Shown: one piece after another, positions 34,623-44,086 of the stretch
How the letters are laid out: each line of letters starts with the position of its first letter
Numbering within the stretch: position 1 is the stretch's first letter
Source: a virus
Length of the DNA: 64,000 nucleotides
Direction: 5' to 3' (one strand)
Virus record (IMG/VR): IMGVR_UViG_3300037501_000241
Translations under genes and position numbers: made by a program
The notes under the pieces: model-generated
What the model was told of the DNA's origin: nothing
Database searches by the model: none
The model's input: the letters and a program-made list of their open reading frames with translations, nothing else

Positions 34623-36422
34623 TTATTTATAAAAAGTTGTTGTAACAGCGTGCTGTTCTGTTGATCCGCCCACAGAAGAACCAAAAACAGTAAATTTAGT
34701 TGCGTCATTCGGATTCCATTGAAAATCAACTATAAAATTATTGTTCTCGCCATCTTGAATTGAACTTGAAGCAAACCATCCTTCATTTTCTCCTTTAATT
34801 ACTATTTCAGAAACGCCAGCAGATATTCTGCTATCAGTATTATAACCAGCGCGAATTTTTATCGCTTTTGTCCCTGCCGGAACTGTAATAAAACCATAAG
34901 AGCCGTCAAGTCCGGTAACTGCCGCCTGACTAATATATTCCCAAGTCGGAGTATTTCCGCTTGTAACACAACTTCCATCAATGGCATAACACCCATCCGC
35001 CAAATCAATCCCATTCGCGAAAGTTGAAGTTGCCGAGCCGGTAGCATCAATCTGCATCAAAGACACTCCACCCGCAAAGGTTGAAGTGCCTGTGCCCTGA
35101 ACTATTAAATCAGAACCCGTGCCATACAGAGTTAAATCATCATACAAAGTTGTCACCCCTGTAACTTGTAGGGTTGAAGAAGCAAATAAGCCAGTGATAA
35201 CCGTGCCCGATACTGTTAAATCATTAAGATAAGCCGTGCCCGATGAGTATATGCTTCTCCATTCATCCCCTGAACCGCCTAAATCATATGTATTTGTTGC
35301 CCAAGGGTAGATATATGAAGTAGTAGCCGATTCACTAAACATTACTGTTGTAGAGGCGTTTAGAGCGCTAAAAAAGGCATCTCCTGCGGTAGAACCTCCA
35401 ATAGTTAATCCATCAAAAGTTGAAGTTGAAAAACCGCCAAAAGTTGCTATTCCGTCAATTAAAAGCGTGCCTGAACTATTTAAGTTGCCCTCCGGACCCC
35501 AAAAGCCAAAAATACTCGCGCCATCAGAGATAATGGTTGAAGAAGCATTTAAGTCGGGAATATAAACACTTGTCTGCATATCCATAATACCTGCTGTTAA
35601 ATCCAAATTTTTCCCCGCCGCAATAACAGTTGAAGTCGGAGTAAGTTGGAAAGATGATGTGCCATCTGATGAAATTATCCAATAATTTTCCGATTCATCA
35701 TAACAAATATAAGGTCTATCTGTTGCCCCATTTTCAAGATAAAAACATTTATCAATATCTGAAGTCGCGTCATCATCTCCTATCGCAATAGTGTTAGAAG
35801 CAAATGTTTTCATTCCATAAACCAATTCATTGGTCCATTTATCCATAAACATCTGCTCATAGAATTGATATGGATTTGAAGCGATAATATCGGTTCCAGC
35901 GGGATGATCTTTTGCATTTGCGGTAACCTTATAGGCTGTATTTGTAGCGTATTTTGTATTCATTGTTGTTGTCGCGGAAAAAGACAATCCGCGAACACAA
36001 TTTGTAAAAGACGTTCCTGAAATATCTTCACAGAATATAATTTCTTTATCAGCTCCGCCAGGATCAATAGTTAAATAAAGTCCCGGATAAATAATAGCGC
36101 TTGTAAGAGCAGTGTTGTCTGTTGTGGTAATGGAAGAAACATTTAGAGTTGTATCATCTTCATCTACTGAAGAAGTCAAAGTTACCGCAAAATCTGAAAC
36201 AGGAGAACCATAGCCAAAAAACGGTTCATTTTCATTTTCTTTAATTTGCGCCAGAAAATCATCTATTTTAGCGGAAGTATCATCATTTATATTCTGAACC
36301 TTATCAGCATATAAATTTGCAAAAGTTTCTTCTACGTGTTGTTTGTATCCCCAACATCCCGCAATTAAAAGCGCTGTTGCCAATAAACCTATTGTTATTT
36401 TATGTATTTGATTCATATCCAA
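34623..36422 (-). CDS. Spike/fibre-like protein with lipoprotein-type signal peptide
   Basis: N-terminal GLLATALLIAGC lipobox; Ser/Thr-rich repeats; TYDLGGSGDEWRSIYSSGT and ATSTFANGI motifs. Confidence 0.65.
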   Translation of the reverse strand: MDMNQIHKITIGLLATALLIAGCWGYKQHVEETFANLYADKVQNINDDTSAKIDDFLAQIKENENEPFFGYGSPVSDFAVTLTSSVDEDDTTLNVSSITTTDNTALTSAIIYPGLYLTIDPGGADKEIIFCEDISGTSFTNCVRGLSFSATTTMNTKYATNTAYKVTANAKDHPAGTDIIASNPYQFYEQMFMDKWTNELVYGMKTFASNTIAIGDDDATSDIDKCFYLENGATDRPYICYDESENYWIISSDGTSSFQLTPTSTVIAAGKNLDLTAGIMDMQTSVYIPDLNASSTIISDGASIFGFWGPEGNLNSSGTLLIDGIATFGGFSTSTFDGLTIGGSTAGDAFFSALNASTTVMFSESATTSYIYPWATNTYDLGGSGDEWRSIYSSGTAYLNDLTVSGTVITGLFASSTLQVTGVTTLYDDLTLYGTGSDLIVQGTGTSTFAGGVSLMQIDATGSATSTFANGIDLADGCYAIDGSCVTSGNTPTWEYISQAAVTGLDGSYGFITVPAGTKAIKIRAGYNTDSRISAGVSEIVIKGENEGWFASSSIQDGENNNFIVDFQWNPNDATKFTVFGSSVGGSTEQHAVTTTFYK

Positions 36423-37410
36423 TTTTTTTTAATGTGTCTTTAATTTGCATAGAAAGGGTTTTTTTATCACCACTTATCGGTTCACCGACTTTTTTAAGCA
36501 ATGGAAGCATATCTGTATGTGATAAATTCTGCCAAATGTGATTATTCCAAGCGCTTTCACCAAAATATATTTTGAATACTTCTGGCGTTATTATCCAATG
36601 TAATACTTGGTCGGAGTCCATTAAATATATTTTTCCGGTATTTCCATCTCTTACCAAAGATAAATCCGCTTTTGCGCCATATTTAACCAAATTTAACATT
36701 CTTGGAGGATAAAACAGATAATTCCAATGATATTGTTTGAAACAATTTTCATAGCTGTTATATGTTATCCATTTAACATTTTTTTCTCCGCGAATTAATA
36801 ATTCAAAATGATTATATCCATTCGGAAGTTTGGGTTGGATTATTCCACCAGAAACAGGAGAACCAAAATCAACTGCTGTTGGCAAAGGAGAATATTTAAG
36901 AGCTTCAAGTGTTTTTTCTTTATTAAAAGAATTTGTAACTACCCAAGAATACTGTATTTCATAATCTTTTAGAAAATCTTTTCCTATTTGTTTTATTTGC
37001 GGTGTAATCGCGGATTTATTAAAATATTCTTTTTCAGACATGTCTTCTGTAAAAGGAAAAACTTCTTCAGGGACTAAACCATTATGTGTTATAGCATCCA
37101 AAACTTTTGACGGACTATTTCCTTTTCCTGGAATAGTGCCTGATATATTACTTATAAAACGGTCGGATTTATTCCAATCAACATCAAACAATCTTTTTGC
37201 CAAAGCTTCAATACCATTAAGTATCGCGTAGCTGACACAGGACCATGAATCCATAAAACGATTCTTTTGAATTTCAAGCGCGGGCAAATAGGGCTCCCAA
37301 TTTCCATCTGCCACTAAAATTTGAGCGCCAAAAGTTTTTTCACTTCCAAATTCCCAATCGCTTTCTTTTATTACATCGGGCAAAAATCCTTTTATAAGTT
37401 TTTTCTTCAT
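36400..37410 (-). CDS. Papain-like cysteine peptidase, candidate endolysin
   Basis: Q...SCVSY (catalytic Cys), NHF (His), YNSY (Asn); C-terminal LVRD...KIYL...HWI...F repeat module; adjacent to holin-like genes. Confidence 0.75.
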   Translation of the reverse strand: MKKKLIKGFLPDVIKESDWEFGSEKTFGAQILVADGNWEPYLPALEIQKNRFMDSWSCVSYAILNGIEALAKRLFDVDWNKSDRFISNISGTIPGKGNSPSKVLDAITHNGLVPEEVFPFTEDMSEKEYFNKSAITPQIKQIGKDFLKDYEIQYSWVVTNSFNKEKTLEALKYSPLPTAVDFGSPVSGGIIQPKLPNGYNHFELLIRGEKNVKWITYNSYENCFKQYHWNYLFYPPRMLNLVKYGAKADLSLVRDGNTGKIYLMDSDQVLHWIITPEVFKIYFGESAWNNHIWQNLSHTDMLPLLKKVGEPISGDKKTLSMQIKDTLKKIGYESNT

Positions 37411-37644
37411 AAAAATAAATCTTTAATAATATCAAAATAATGCCAAATTAACGCAACTGCCATCGCGAGCATAAGCAGATAACTTACTTTTTTGAAAACG
37501 TCATCCACATTTTTTTATTCGCTCTTAAAAGATAAGATAAATACAATCGTCATTACCACCAAAAATCCTAATATATACATTGGTTGCGACATAATATATA
37601 TTAATATCGTTTTTTTAACACTTATTTTGACTTATAGGCATAGT

Positions 37645-37920
37645 TTATTGCTTTTGTGATAAATTCTTCACGGCAATTAAAATCTCCCTATTTATCTCAA
37701 TCTGTGAGCTTATCACCCCTGCCAATCTTTCTCTACTTTCAATATCATCTCTTTGCGTTTTATCAGCATGGGATAAGTGATTTCCAAGTATTTTTGAAAA
37801 TTCAGTTCCCTGCTGTCTTGAACCCTTAAAGATAAAATAACAAAGTGCGAGAGCTGTTAAAGCCACCACAACTTCTCCCGCTTTCAGTATCGTCTCGGAA
37901 TTTACAAATGAAAAATCCAT
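37645..37920 (-). CDS. Membrane protein, holin/antiholin candidate
   Basis: One N-terminal TM segment plus soluble coiled tail. Confidence 0.55.
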   Translation of the reverse strand: MDFSFVNSETILKAGEVVVALTALALCYFIFKGSRQQGTEFSKILGNHLSHADKTQRDDIESRERLAGVISSQIEINREILIAVKNLSQKQ

Positions 37921-37926
37921 AGCAGT

Positions 37927-38136
37927 TTATTTCAATCGCGCTCCGAACATATCCGTGTTTGTCCGCAGCCATTTAGTTACTTCGCCCAGAGCTAAACCGA
38001 TTATGCCCTGCAAAACAACGGGAACTTCAAACATTCCCAAGTTTTCTGTTGCCCAAGAGATACCGGCAATAAGAGCAACGCACATAAAACGCCATCCGAA
38101 ACTGCGCAATCTTTTTAATAATTGTTCTTTTGTCAT
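37927..38136 (-). CDS. Holin candidate
   Basis: 69 aa with two hydrophobic segments, in the lysis cluster. Confidence 0.6.
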   Translation of the reverse strand: MTKEQLLKRLRSFGWRFMCVALIAGISWATENLGMFEVPVVLQGIIGLALGEVTKWLRTNTDMFGARLK

Positions 38137-38173
38137 ACTATTTTTTATGTTAACCGTCGCAAATCGGTTAACA

Positions 38174-38517
38174 TATGTTAATTATCTTATCCCTCTGTTC
38201 ATAAAAACAGAGAGGAAGATAACTATACTACAAACCAATCTTCGGCAAAGATACTTTCACAAGATAAATCCAATGGAAACACTTTTTTAACACCATTTAC
38301 TAATTTTTCCATTACTAAATAGGGTTCGGTATTCATTGAATTTTCGTCTGGACGCTGAACTCTTACGAAAATGCTTGGATTATTCCAACTCCTTCTCGCA
38401 ACTTTTTTTCCTTCTTTTAATAACGCAAGAGCGTCTGAAAAATTTATATCTTCTCCCATACGATTTTTGCCAATTCATTATTTTATTTTGAATTTGGCGT
38501 TATGTTAATTATCTTAT
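38174..38517. repeat. 17-bp direct repeats tatgttaattatcttat flanking the Tad2-like gene
   Basis: Copies at 38174-38190 and 38501-38517. Confidence 0.9.
38223..38459 (-). CDS. tad2: DUF2829 / Thoeris anti-defence Tad2-like protein
   Basis: NFSDAL.LLKEGKKVARRSWN...PYL...SCESIFAEDW matches the DUF2829 pattern (F..AL..LK.G.KVAR.GWN...PY...SQ.D.LAEDW). Confidence 0.75.
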   Translation of the reverse strand: MGEDINFSDALALLKEGKKVARRSWNNPSIFVRVQRPDENSMNTEPYLVMEKLVNGVKKVFPLDLSCESIFAEDWFVV

Positions 38518-38541
38518 TTTTTGACAATGGTTAAGTTTTAT

Positions 38542-38862
38542 TTAGATTTCTATAATTTTAATTCCATAAATCGCTTCAACCAACTTCTTTTTAAGCCGAT
38601 AAGTTGATGTTTTAATACCTTTTACATCTTCAATTTCTTCGCGTCCATCTTCATATCTAACCTTGAAATCGGCTTTGTAGTGAGCAATATACTTATTTCC
38701 CAGATATATATCATATCTCGGATGGCAATCAATACTCACAACTTTGTCTTTTGGATTATTCGCGTGTTTCATCAATTTTAACTCTTCATATCTCTTGCCT
38801 TCCGCCAAACTATCAAAGACAATTCCATCAATAGTTATTTTTTTATTGCGATATTTTCTCAT
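38542..38862 (-). CDS. DUF1064 endonuclease-like protein
   Basis: KYRNKKITIDGIVFDSLAEGKRY...YKADF...EDVKG..T..YRLKKKL. Confidence 0.9.
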   Translation of the reverse strand: MRKYRNKKITIDGIVFDSLAEGKRYEELKLMKHANNPKDKVVSIDCHPRYDIYLGNKYIAHYKADFKVRYEDGREEIEDVKGIKTSTYRLKKKLVEAIYGIKIIEI

Positions 38863-39017
38863 AAATCTCCATTAAAAATATCAAATTTAGTTCCTTCCAA
38901 AAAGAGAAAATATGATGCCAGCATCAATCCAATAATTATAAACGTCCATACGACAGGGGACCAAAACCATTTGCTTTCACAAATCGCAGCTAAGATGTCT
39001 AATAATTTATCCAACAT
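38859..39017 (-). CDS. Small membrane protein (52 aa)
   Basis: MLDKLLDILAAICESKWFWSPVVWTFIIIGLMLASYFLF...; ATGA-coupled to the DUF1064 gene. Confidence 0.55.
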   Translation of the reverse strand: MLDKLLDILAAICESKWFWSPVVWTFIIIGLMLASYFLFLEGTKFDIFNGDL

Positions 39018-39074
39018 ATATAAAACATTGAAATTAGAATGGCTAAAAATATGATGCCAATACCTTTCATAAGT

Positions 39075-40886
39075 TTATCTAAATAATTCAAATAATTTAT
39101 CCCAAAAGGACATTTTATTTTTAAGCGATTCAATTTCTCGCTGCTGTTCTTGATAAGCAACAAGAAGAACGGTGGACAATCGGCTATAATCAACACCCGA
39201 TAATTCGCCTGTTTTATAATAAGTCGCAATTTCAGGCAAAACTTTTTCCACCTCTTCTGCAATCAAACCAATACTTTTTTCTCCGCCATCAATATAGGTA
39301 TAACTTACTGGTCGGAGTTCCATCAATTTTTTAACATCAATGTCTAAATCTTTTATATTTTCTTTCATTGCCATGGAAGACGAACATCCGTCTCCGGTAT
39401 TGTATGTCAAGGCTTTTGTTGTTGAGTTATAACAAACCGAATTGGAATTTGTGGCATTGGTAAGCTCAGCCACTAATGTTCCTGACGCAGAAACATTTCC
39501 GTTGGCATCAACATAAAATTTTTCGCCAACATCAAATAATGAACGTGGATTTTGCGTGGAAATGCCAATTCTATCGGTTGTGCCGTTAAGATAGAATAAT
39601 TCCGCGTCATTGTCGGACTCCATTCTGACATTCGAGACAATTCCTCTTTCATTAAATACAACGCCCGACGATGTAAATGAAAATTGCACCTGTCCGGAAG
39701 AATATATATATAATTGCCCCGTAGTTGCCGCGCCATTAAACACGATTGCCGTATTATTGCTGTCGCTTTCAGTAATAGTAATGCCCTCGCCTGATGTTGT
39801 CGGCTTAATAGTCACTAAGTCCAAAGAAGCGACCGAACCTCCGATTCCTCCAATATTCAAACCATAAAAAGTGGATGTCGTTTCTCCGCCTTGATATGTT
39901 TGCTGAATCGTGCCACTGGTATAAACACTTCCATCATTATCAAGATACAAAGTGCCGGAAGCGTTGTCAGTTGAAGCGTTTATGCGGAAAAAGTTAGAAT
40001 CAAGACCGGTGAAATAACCAGCAAGAGGCGTTGAACCACCAATAATCATATTGTCTAAAGTGCTGGTGGCATTTGAAATATAAAGTGTAATCGCGCTTAA
40101 ATCAGCATCCGCTATAGCGGCGCAGGTTAAATTACCATTTGCCGCGATAGCATTGGCAAATTGATTTGCTGAACAATCTATGGGATTTGCCGCTAATGTG
40201 GAAGCGGTAGAAGCATTACCGGTTAATGTGCCAGTAATCGCACCAACAACATCCAAAGTTCCACTGGCCGACATATTACCGCTTGAATCTACATAAAATA
40301 ATCCAACATTATCAATATCGGAACCAGAACCTAATGCAATAGAATTAACAATATGCAAATCATTCCCATAAATTGTTCCTGAAGAATAAACTTCGGACCA
40401 CGGAATCGCAAAAGAACCTAAGTTATCTGTATTCGCAGTATCTGAAATAAGAGATTCGTTTATCGCCACAGAAGCAAGGTTGTCTAAGGCTGTTGAAGCT
40501 CCTGATCCCGATCCCGAACCAGCGCAAGTTCCGTTAGGCATTAAATAACAACCGGATGTTAATTGAATGCCGTTCGCGAAGGTGTTGGTGGCAGTTGTGC
40601 CTGTTAAATTAAGATAGGTTGCATCCAAAGCTCCGGCAAGTGTATTTGTTGCTGTTCCGCTTCCTAAAAGTTGATTAAAATAAGCTGTTCCTGAAGAATA
40701 AATATTACTCCAGGCATAATTATAAGCGCCAATATCATAAGAATTATTTGAATCTGGTATTATACTGCTTCCAAAAACATTTCTTATTTCTGGCGGCTCA
40801 AATCCAAAAATATCATTTGCTTGATAACATTCAGGACAAATAAGCAAAGCTAATGATAATAACCATTGCGCTATTATTGTCTTCAT
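39075..40886 (-). CDS. Tail spike/fibre with C-terminal intramolecular chaperone (peptidase S74) and N-terminal signal-like segment
   Basis: SSSMAMKENI..L...LRPVSY...IGLIAEEV...VDYSRL...LLVAYQEQQ..I..LK. Confidence 0.88.
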   Translation of the reverse strand: MKTIIAQWLLSLALLICPECYQANDIFGFEPPEIRNVFGSSIIPDSNNSYDIGAYNYAWSNIYSSGTAYFNQLLGSGTATNTLAGALDATYLNLTGTTATNTFANGIQLTSGCYLMPNGTCAGSGSGSGASTALDNLASVAINESLISDTANTDNLGSFAIPWSEVYSSGTIYGNDLHIVNSIALGSGSDIDNVGLFYVDSSGNMSASGTLDVVGAITGTLTGNASTASTLAANPIDCSANQFANAIAANGNLTCAAIADADLSAITLYISNATSTLDNMIIGGSTPLAGYFTGLDSNFFRINASTDNASGTLYLDNDGSVYTSGTIQQTYQGGETTSTFYGLNIGGIGGSVASLDLVTIKPTTSGEGITITESDSNNTAIVFNGAATTGQLYIYSSGQVQFSFTSSGVVFNERGIVSNVRMESDNDAELFYLNGTTDRIGISTQNPRSLFDVGEKFYVDANGNVSASGTLVAELTNATNSNSVCYNSTTKALTYNTGDGCSSSMAMKENIKDLDIDVKKLMELRPVSYTYIDGGEKSIGLIAEEVEKVLPEIATYYKTGELSGVDYSRLSTVLLVAYQEQQREIESLKNKMSFWDKLFELFR

Positions 40887-41302
40887 AAATTATAAGTAGC
40901 TATTGAACGTATTAAAATTGTTCCAAAATCAGAACTCCCGCTTTCTTTTACGGAAATCCTAAACCATTTATCGGCAACATCTATCGCGTCTCTTAACTTA
41001 TACGTTGTTCCACCTGAAATTCCTATAAATTTAGTTGGAGTTATATACAAATTTCTATTGGTTGTAGCTGGATATTGTGTTGTTGATTTATATAAATCAT
41101 TCAAATCGTTTCCAAATTCATATTGAATTTCAATATATCTTCCGTCTTGAGCAGGAACATATTCAATATAACAAATTAATTGACCAACTCCTTCTACATT
41201 TAAATCTTTATAATTATCATCATACGATGCTGTAAGAGTAGCATTAGTAGAAGATGTTCCTATTAAGTATGTTTCGTTTTGCTGTGAAAAAATAACTGCC
41301 AT
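40883..41302 (-). CDS. Virion-module beta-sandwich protein (paralogue of 42087..42542)
   Basis: KWFRISVKE...FGTILI vs RWLRISVRE...FGSIYI; LTASYDDN vs LTATASDN. Confidence 0.7.
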   Translation of the reverse strand: MAVIFSQQNETYLIGTSSTNATLTASYDDNYKDLNVEGVGQLICYIEYVPAQDGRYIEIQYEFGNDLNDLYKSTTQYPATTNRNLYITPTKFIGISGGTTYKLRDAIDVADKWFRISVKESGSSDFGTILIRSIATYNL

Positions 41303-41583
41303 AATTTTACAATAAAAGGTGTTTTAATAGTAAGTTCAAATATATTAGCTTTATTTTCAATAAATTTTTTTATCTCTCTATCATAATAACCAGGCGCATT
41401 TTCAATTTCGGTAAGATTTATAAGATGATATTTATTAATAAGAAACATAGCTTGATTATCTTCAAATCTTTTAATTTCTCCAGGCAAAATTTCAACATTG
41501 ATTTTTATTAAATCATCTTGATAATAATCTTTTATTTTTTTATCAGTATTATTTTTAATTTTTATCATAATTTCTAATAACAA
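41263..41583 (-). CDS. Hypothetical protein
   Basis: 106-aa ORF; true start may be MIKIKNN at 41568. Confidence 0.65.
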   Translation of the reverse strand: MLLEIMIKIKNNTDKKIKDYYQDDLIKINVEILPGEIKRFEDNQAMFLINKYHLINLTEIENAPGYYDREIKKFIENKANIFELTIKTPFIVKLWQLFFHSKTKHT

Positions 41584-42077
41584 ATACCCGCGCTCGTGCT
41601 TGTTGATAATTCATAATGGTCTCCAAGATTGCTAAAAAACATATATATCGTTACACCATCATTTGCAACCATTGGTATGCATCCACCGGCTCCAGCCGCG
41701 CCAGCTGTTCCAATATGAAGAGTTGTGGTCGCGTTGGATTTCGCAATTTCTACATTTCCAGCAAAAGTGGAAGTTCCTGAACCATTAATAATAACATTTG
41801 AAACATACGCAGTGCCTGACGTAAAAATATTGCGCCAAGATTTATCATAAGAACCAAGAGAATAAGCATCATTTATATTTGGTCTTACATCTCCAAAAAA
41901 ATCCGAGGATGTCGCGACTATTCCATCCGAAACGACTGGAATATAATTTTGTATATATAATCCTGCCGAGCCTAAATTTTGCTCTTTATTTATTTCTCTA
42001 TAAAAAACAAAAAATATACAAAATATGCAAACTCCGATTAAAAGCAACATCCTGTATTTAAAAATGTTTTTAATCAT
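41574..42077 (-). CDS. Membrane-anchored short spike-like protein
   Basis: TM segment MLLLIGVCIFCIFFVFY; YSLGSYDKSWRNIFTSGT motif shared with the long spikes. Confidence 0.7.
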   Translation of the reverse strand: MIKNIFKYRMLLLIGVCIFCIFFVFYREINKEQNLGSAGLYIQNYIPVVSDGIVATSSDFFGDVRPNINDAYSLGSYDKSWRNIFTSGTAYVSNVIINGSGTSTFAGNVEIAKSNATTTLHIGTAGAAGAGGCIPMVANDGVTIYMFFSNLGDHYELSTSTSAGICY

Positions 42078-42086
42078 AGATATTTT

Positions 42087-42542
42087 TTATATTTCTTCGT
42101 GAGAACTTAAACCAATATAGATACTTCCAAACACAGACGGATCGCCACCCCCATTTGTATATTCTCTTACGGAAATACGCAGCCATCTTGCGTTTACGTT
42201 TAGTGGCACATTCATTCTTTCTGTTGTTGTGGTTTCAGAAACTTTATCTCCCGGAACTATAAATGAATTACCATACACGGCATTCTCCGATGCCGATGAA
42301 ACGAGAGACGGATAATATTCCCAATCCGTTGAAGCAGTCGGCAAAGTATCTTTATTAGAAACTTCAATAATAAGTGAAGCATATTGGTTTGTTGCTCCCG
42401 CCAGATAATGAACCGGAATATTTATATCCTTGCAATTTTCTATTTTTATCGGATTTGTTTGGTTATCAGAAGCAGTCGCTGTTAATGTTTCATGCGAAGT
42501 TCTTGAACCAATTAGATCAGTTACTATTGTTTGTAAAGGCAT
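42087..42542 (-). CDS. Virion-module beta-sandwich protein (paralogue of 40883..41302)
   Basis: See paralogue. Confidence 0.7.
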   Translation of the reverse strand: MPLQTIVTDLIGSRTSHETLTATASDNQTNPIKIENCKDINIPVHYLAGATNQYASLIIEVSNKDTLPTASTDWEYYPSLVSSASENAVYGNSFIVPGDKVSETTTTERMNVPLNVNARWLRISVREYTNGGGDPSVFGSIYIGLSSHEEI

Positions 42543-42556
42543 AAGTTTATATTAAA

Positions 42557-43213
42557 TTATTTCTTAAGAGAACCCCACCTTTTCTTTTGATTAAATACTT
42601 TAATTTCATTTTCAGGCACCAAAGTTTCTTCCGATTCAACTATCGGAACTTCAATAGGCGCGTCTGTAATCTTTTCTTCATTAACTTCAATTTCTTTAAC
42701 AACCGGCCCTGGCTCTTTTACAATTTCTTCCATTTTTCCAAGTATTTCATCAACTCTTTTTTGAATACTCTTTACAGAAAATTTTTTTGAATATTCTTTA
42801 TCAATTTTCTCAATTTCAGAATTAATTTCAGAAATTAAGTCCTTAGTATTCTTTCCATCTGCCTTAACAATGCTTAAATCCGCTTCTAATTCCATTTTTT
42901 TGTTAATAAGTTTATTCTTCGATGATATAAGTTCAACTTCTTCATTTATTAAATCCTGAAACTTATTTTCCTGTTCAGGTGTTTCAATAATAATTCCTTG
43001 CAAAACAGATGAAACCCTGTGCTCTAACCCAAGTGTTTTTGGTTGCAGATAATTAACAAGTTTCTGTATTTCAATTTCTTTTTCCATATCATTACCCGAC
43101 TCTAAAACAGCAATTAAACTTTCTGTTTTGCCAAGTTTTATAAGTTTTTTTAAGTTTTGTATTTCTTCAAGAGTGAAAACATCCTCTTTGAAATTTTGTG
43201 GAAATATAGACAT
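42557..43213 (-). CDS. Hypothetical coiled-coil protein (copy of 193..849)
   Basis: Identical translation. Confidence 0.75.
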   Translation of the reverse strand: MSIFPQNFKEDVFTLEEIQNLKKLIKLGKTESLIAVLESGNDMEKEIEIQKLVNYLQPKTLGLEHRVSSVLQGIIIETPEQENKFQDLINEEVELISSKNKLINKKMELEADLSIVKADGKNTKDLISEINSEIEKIDKEYSKKFSVKSIQKRVDEILGKMEEIVKEPGPVVKEIEVNEEKITDAPIEVPIVESEETLVPENEIKVFNQKKRWGSLKK

Positions 43214-43301
43214 ATCATTTTATAAAAAATTATTTATTTAAATTATCAGCGCCTTTTATTGCTCTCCGTTTTTATTACGAAGAGCAAATAAGACGCTTAT
43301 A

Positions 43302-44063
43302 TTACCAGGTTTGTGTTGATGTTGACATTGTTTTAAATGTAACAGAAGCTATAATTTCCGATAAACCAACATCAGCTGTGCTTGTTGCGGCTACAGAATC
43401 ACTCGTGGCGCGAACATTTGCAACATAATACTCACCCTCTCTTACGGGAATACAAGACCCAGCTCCGCTTGGAATATACCGTGTTCCTGTAGCTGCGACA
43501 GAAGACACAAATACATCTACAGCGCCGGATGTCGGTGAATAAGCATATTCAGGAGAAAATAGCGATTGCGGAATATTTGCTGCTACTGTACCCAAAGGAA
43601 TTGATGAGACAGTTGAAGTTCCAGCATACGCGAATAGAGTTGTTGAAGCAGTTCCCATAAAAAAGAAATTTTGGTCGCAAGCAAAAACTGTCTGTCCCCA
43701 AGTATTCTTTACGGATAAAATTGTATCTGTCGCGTTTGTCATTGATAGACCAACAAATTCTCTTGTGCAATTCTGGTATGAAGAATTGTTATCTTCATCT
43801 GTAGTTAAACAAAAAGAATTATATGTGCTAATAACTTCATCATCCCAAACAGCTGTTTGAGCTCCAAATCCAATTTCTGCCGCAAGTTCTTTATATAAAC
43901 TTGCGATTGCTTTTGCAGAACCGGAAATTGTCAATTCACCATCTTCGTTAGCTGCTCTTGCAATACCAAATCCACCAATAACTAAATTACTAACAACAAC
44001 AGATGCTACAACAGAGATAATTGCATATCTCATCACTAACTTTTTGATTTCTATATTTTTCAT
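43302..44063 (-). CDS. Signal-peptide virion-associated protein (copy of 938..1699)
   Basis: Identical translation. Confidence 0.6.
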   Translation of the reverse strand: MKNIEIKKLVMRYAIISVVASVVVSNLVIGGFGIARAANEDGELTISGSAKAIASLYKELAAEIGFGAQTAVWDDEVISTYNSFCLTTDEDNNSSYQNCTREFVGLSMTNATDTILSVKNTWGQTVFACDQNFFFMGTASTTLFAYAGTSTVSSIPLGTVAANIPQSLFSPEYAYSPTSGAVDVFVSSVAATGTRYIPSGAGSCIPVREGEYYVANVRATSDSVAATSTADVGLSEIIASVTFKTMSTSTQTW

Positions 44064-44086
44064 ATAAGTAGTGTTGTGTTAATAAG

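Noticed and set aside
1-42364. tRNA, tmRNA, rRNA, integrase/att site
   Set aside because: No cloverleaf with a T-loop GTTC(G/A)A and CCA, no tmRNA ends and no recombinase motifs recognised by eye; a tRNAscan or ARAGORN run would confirm.
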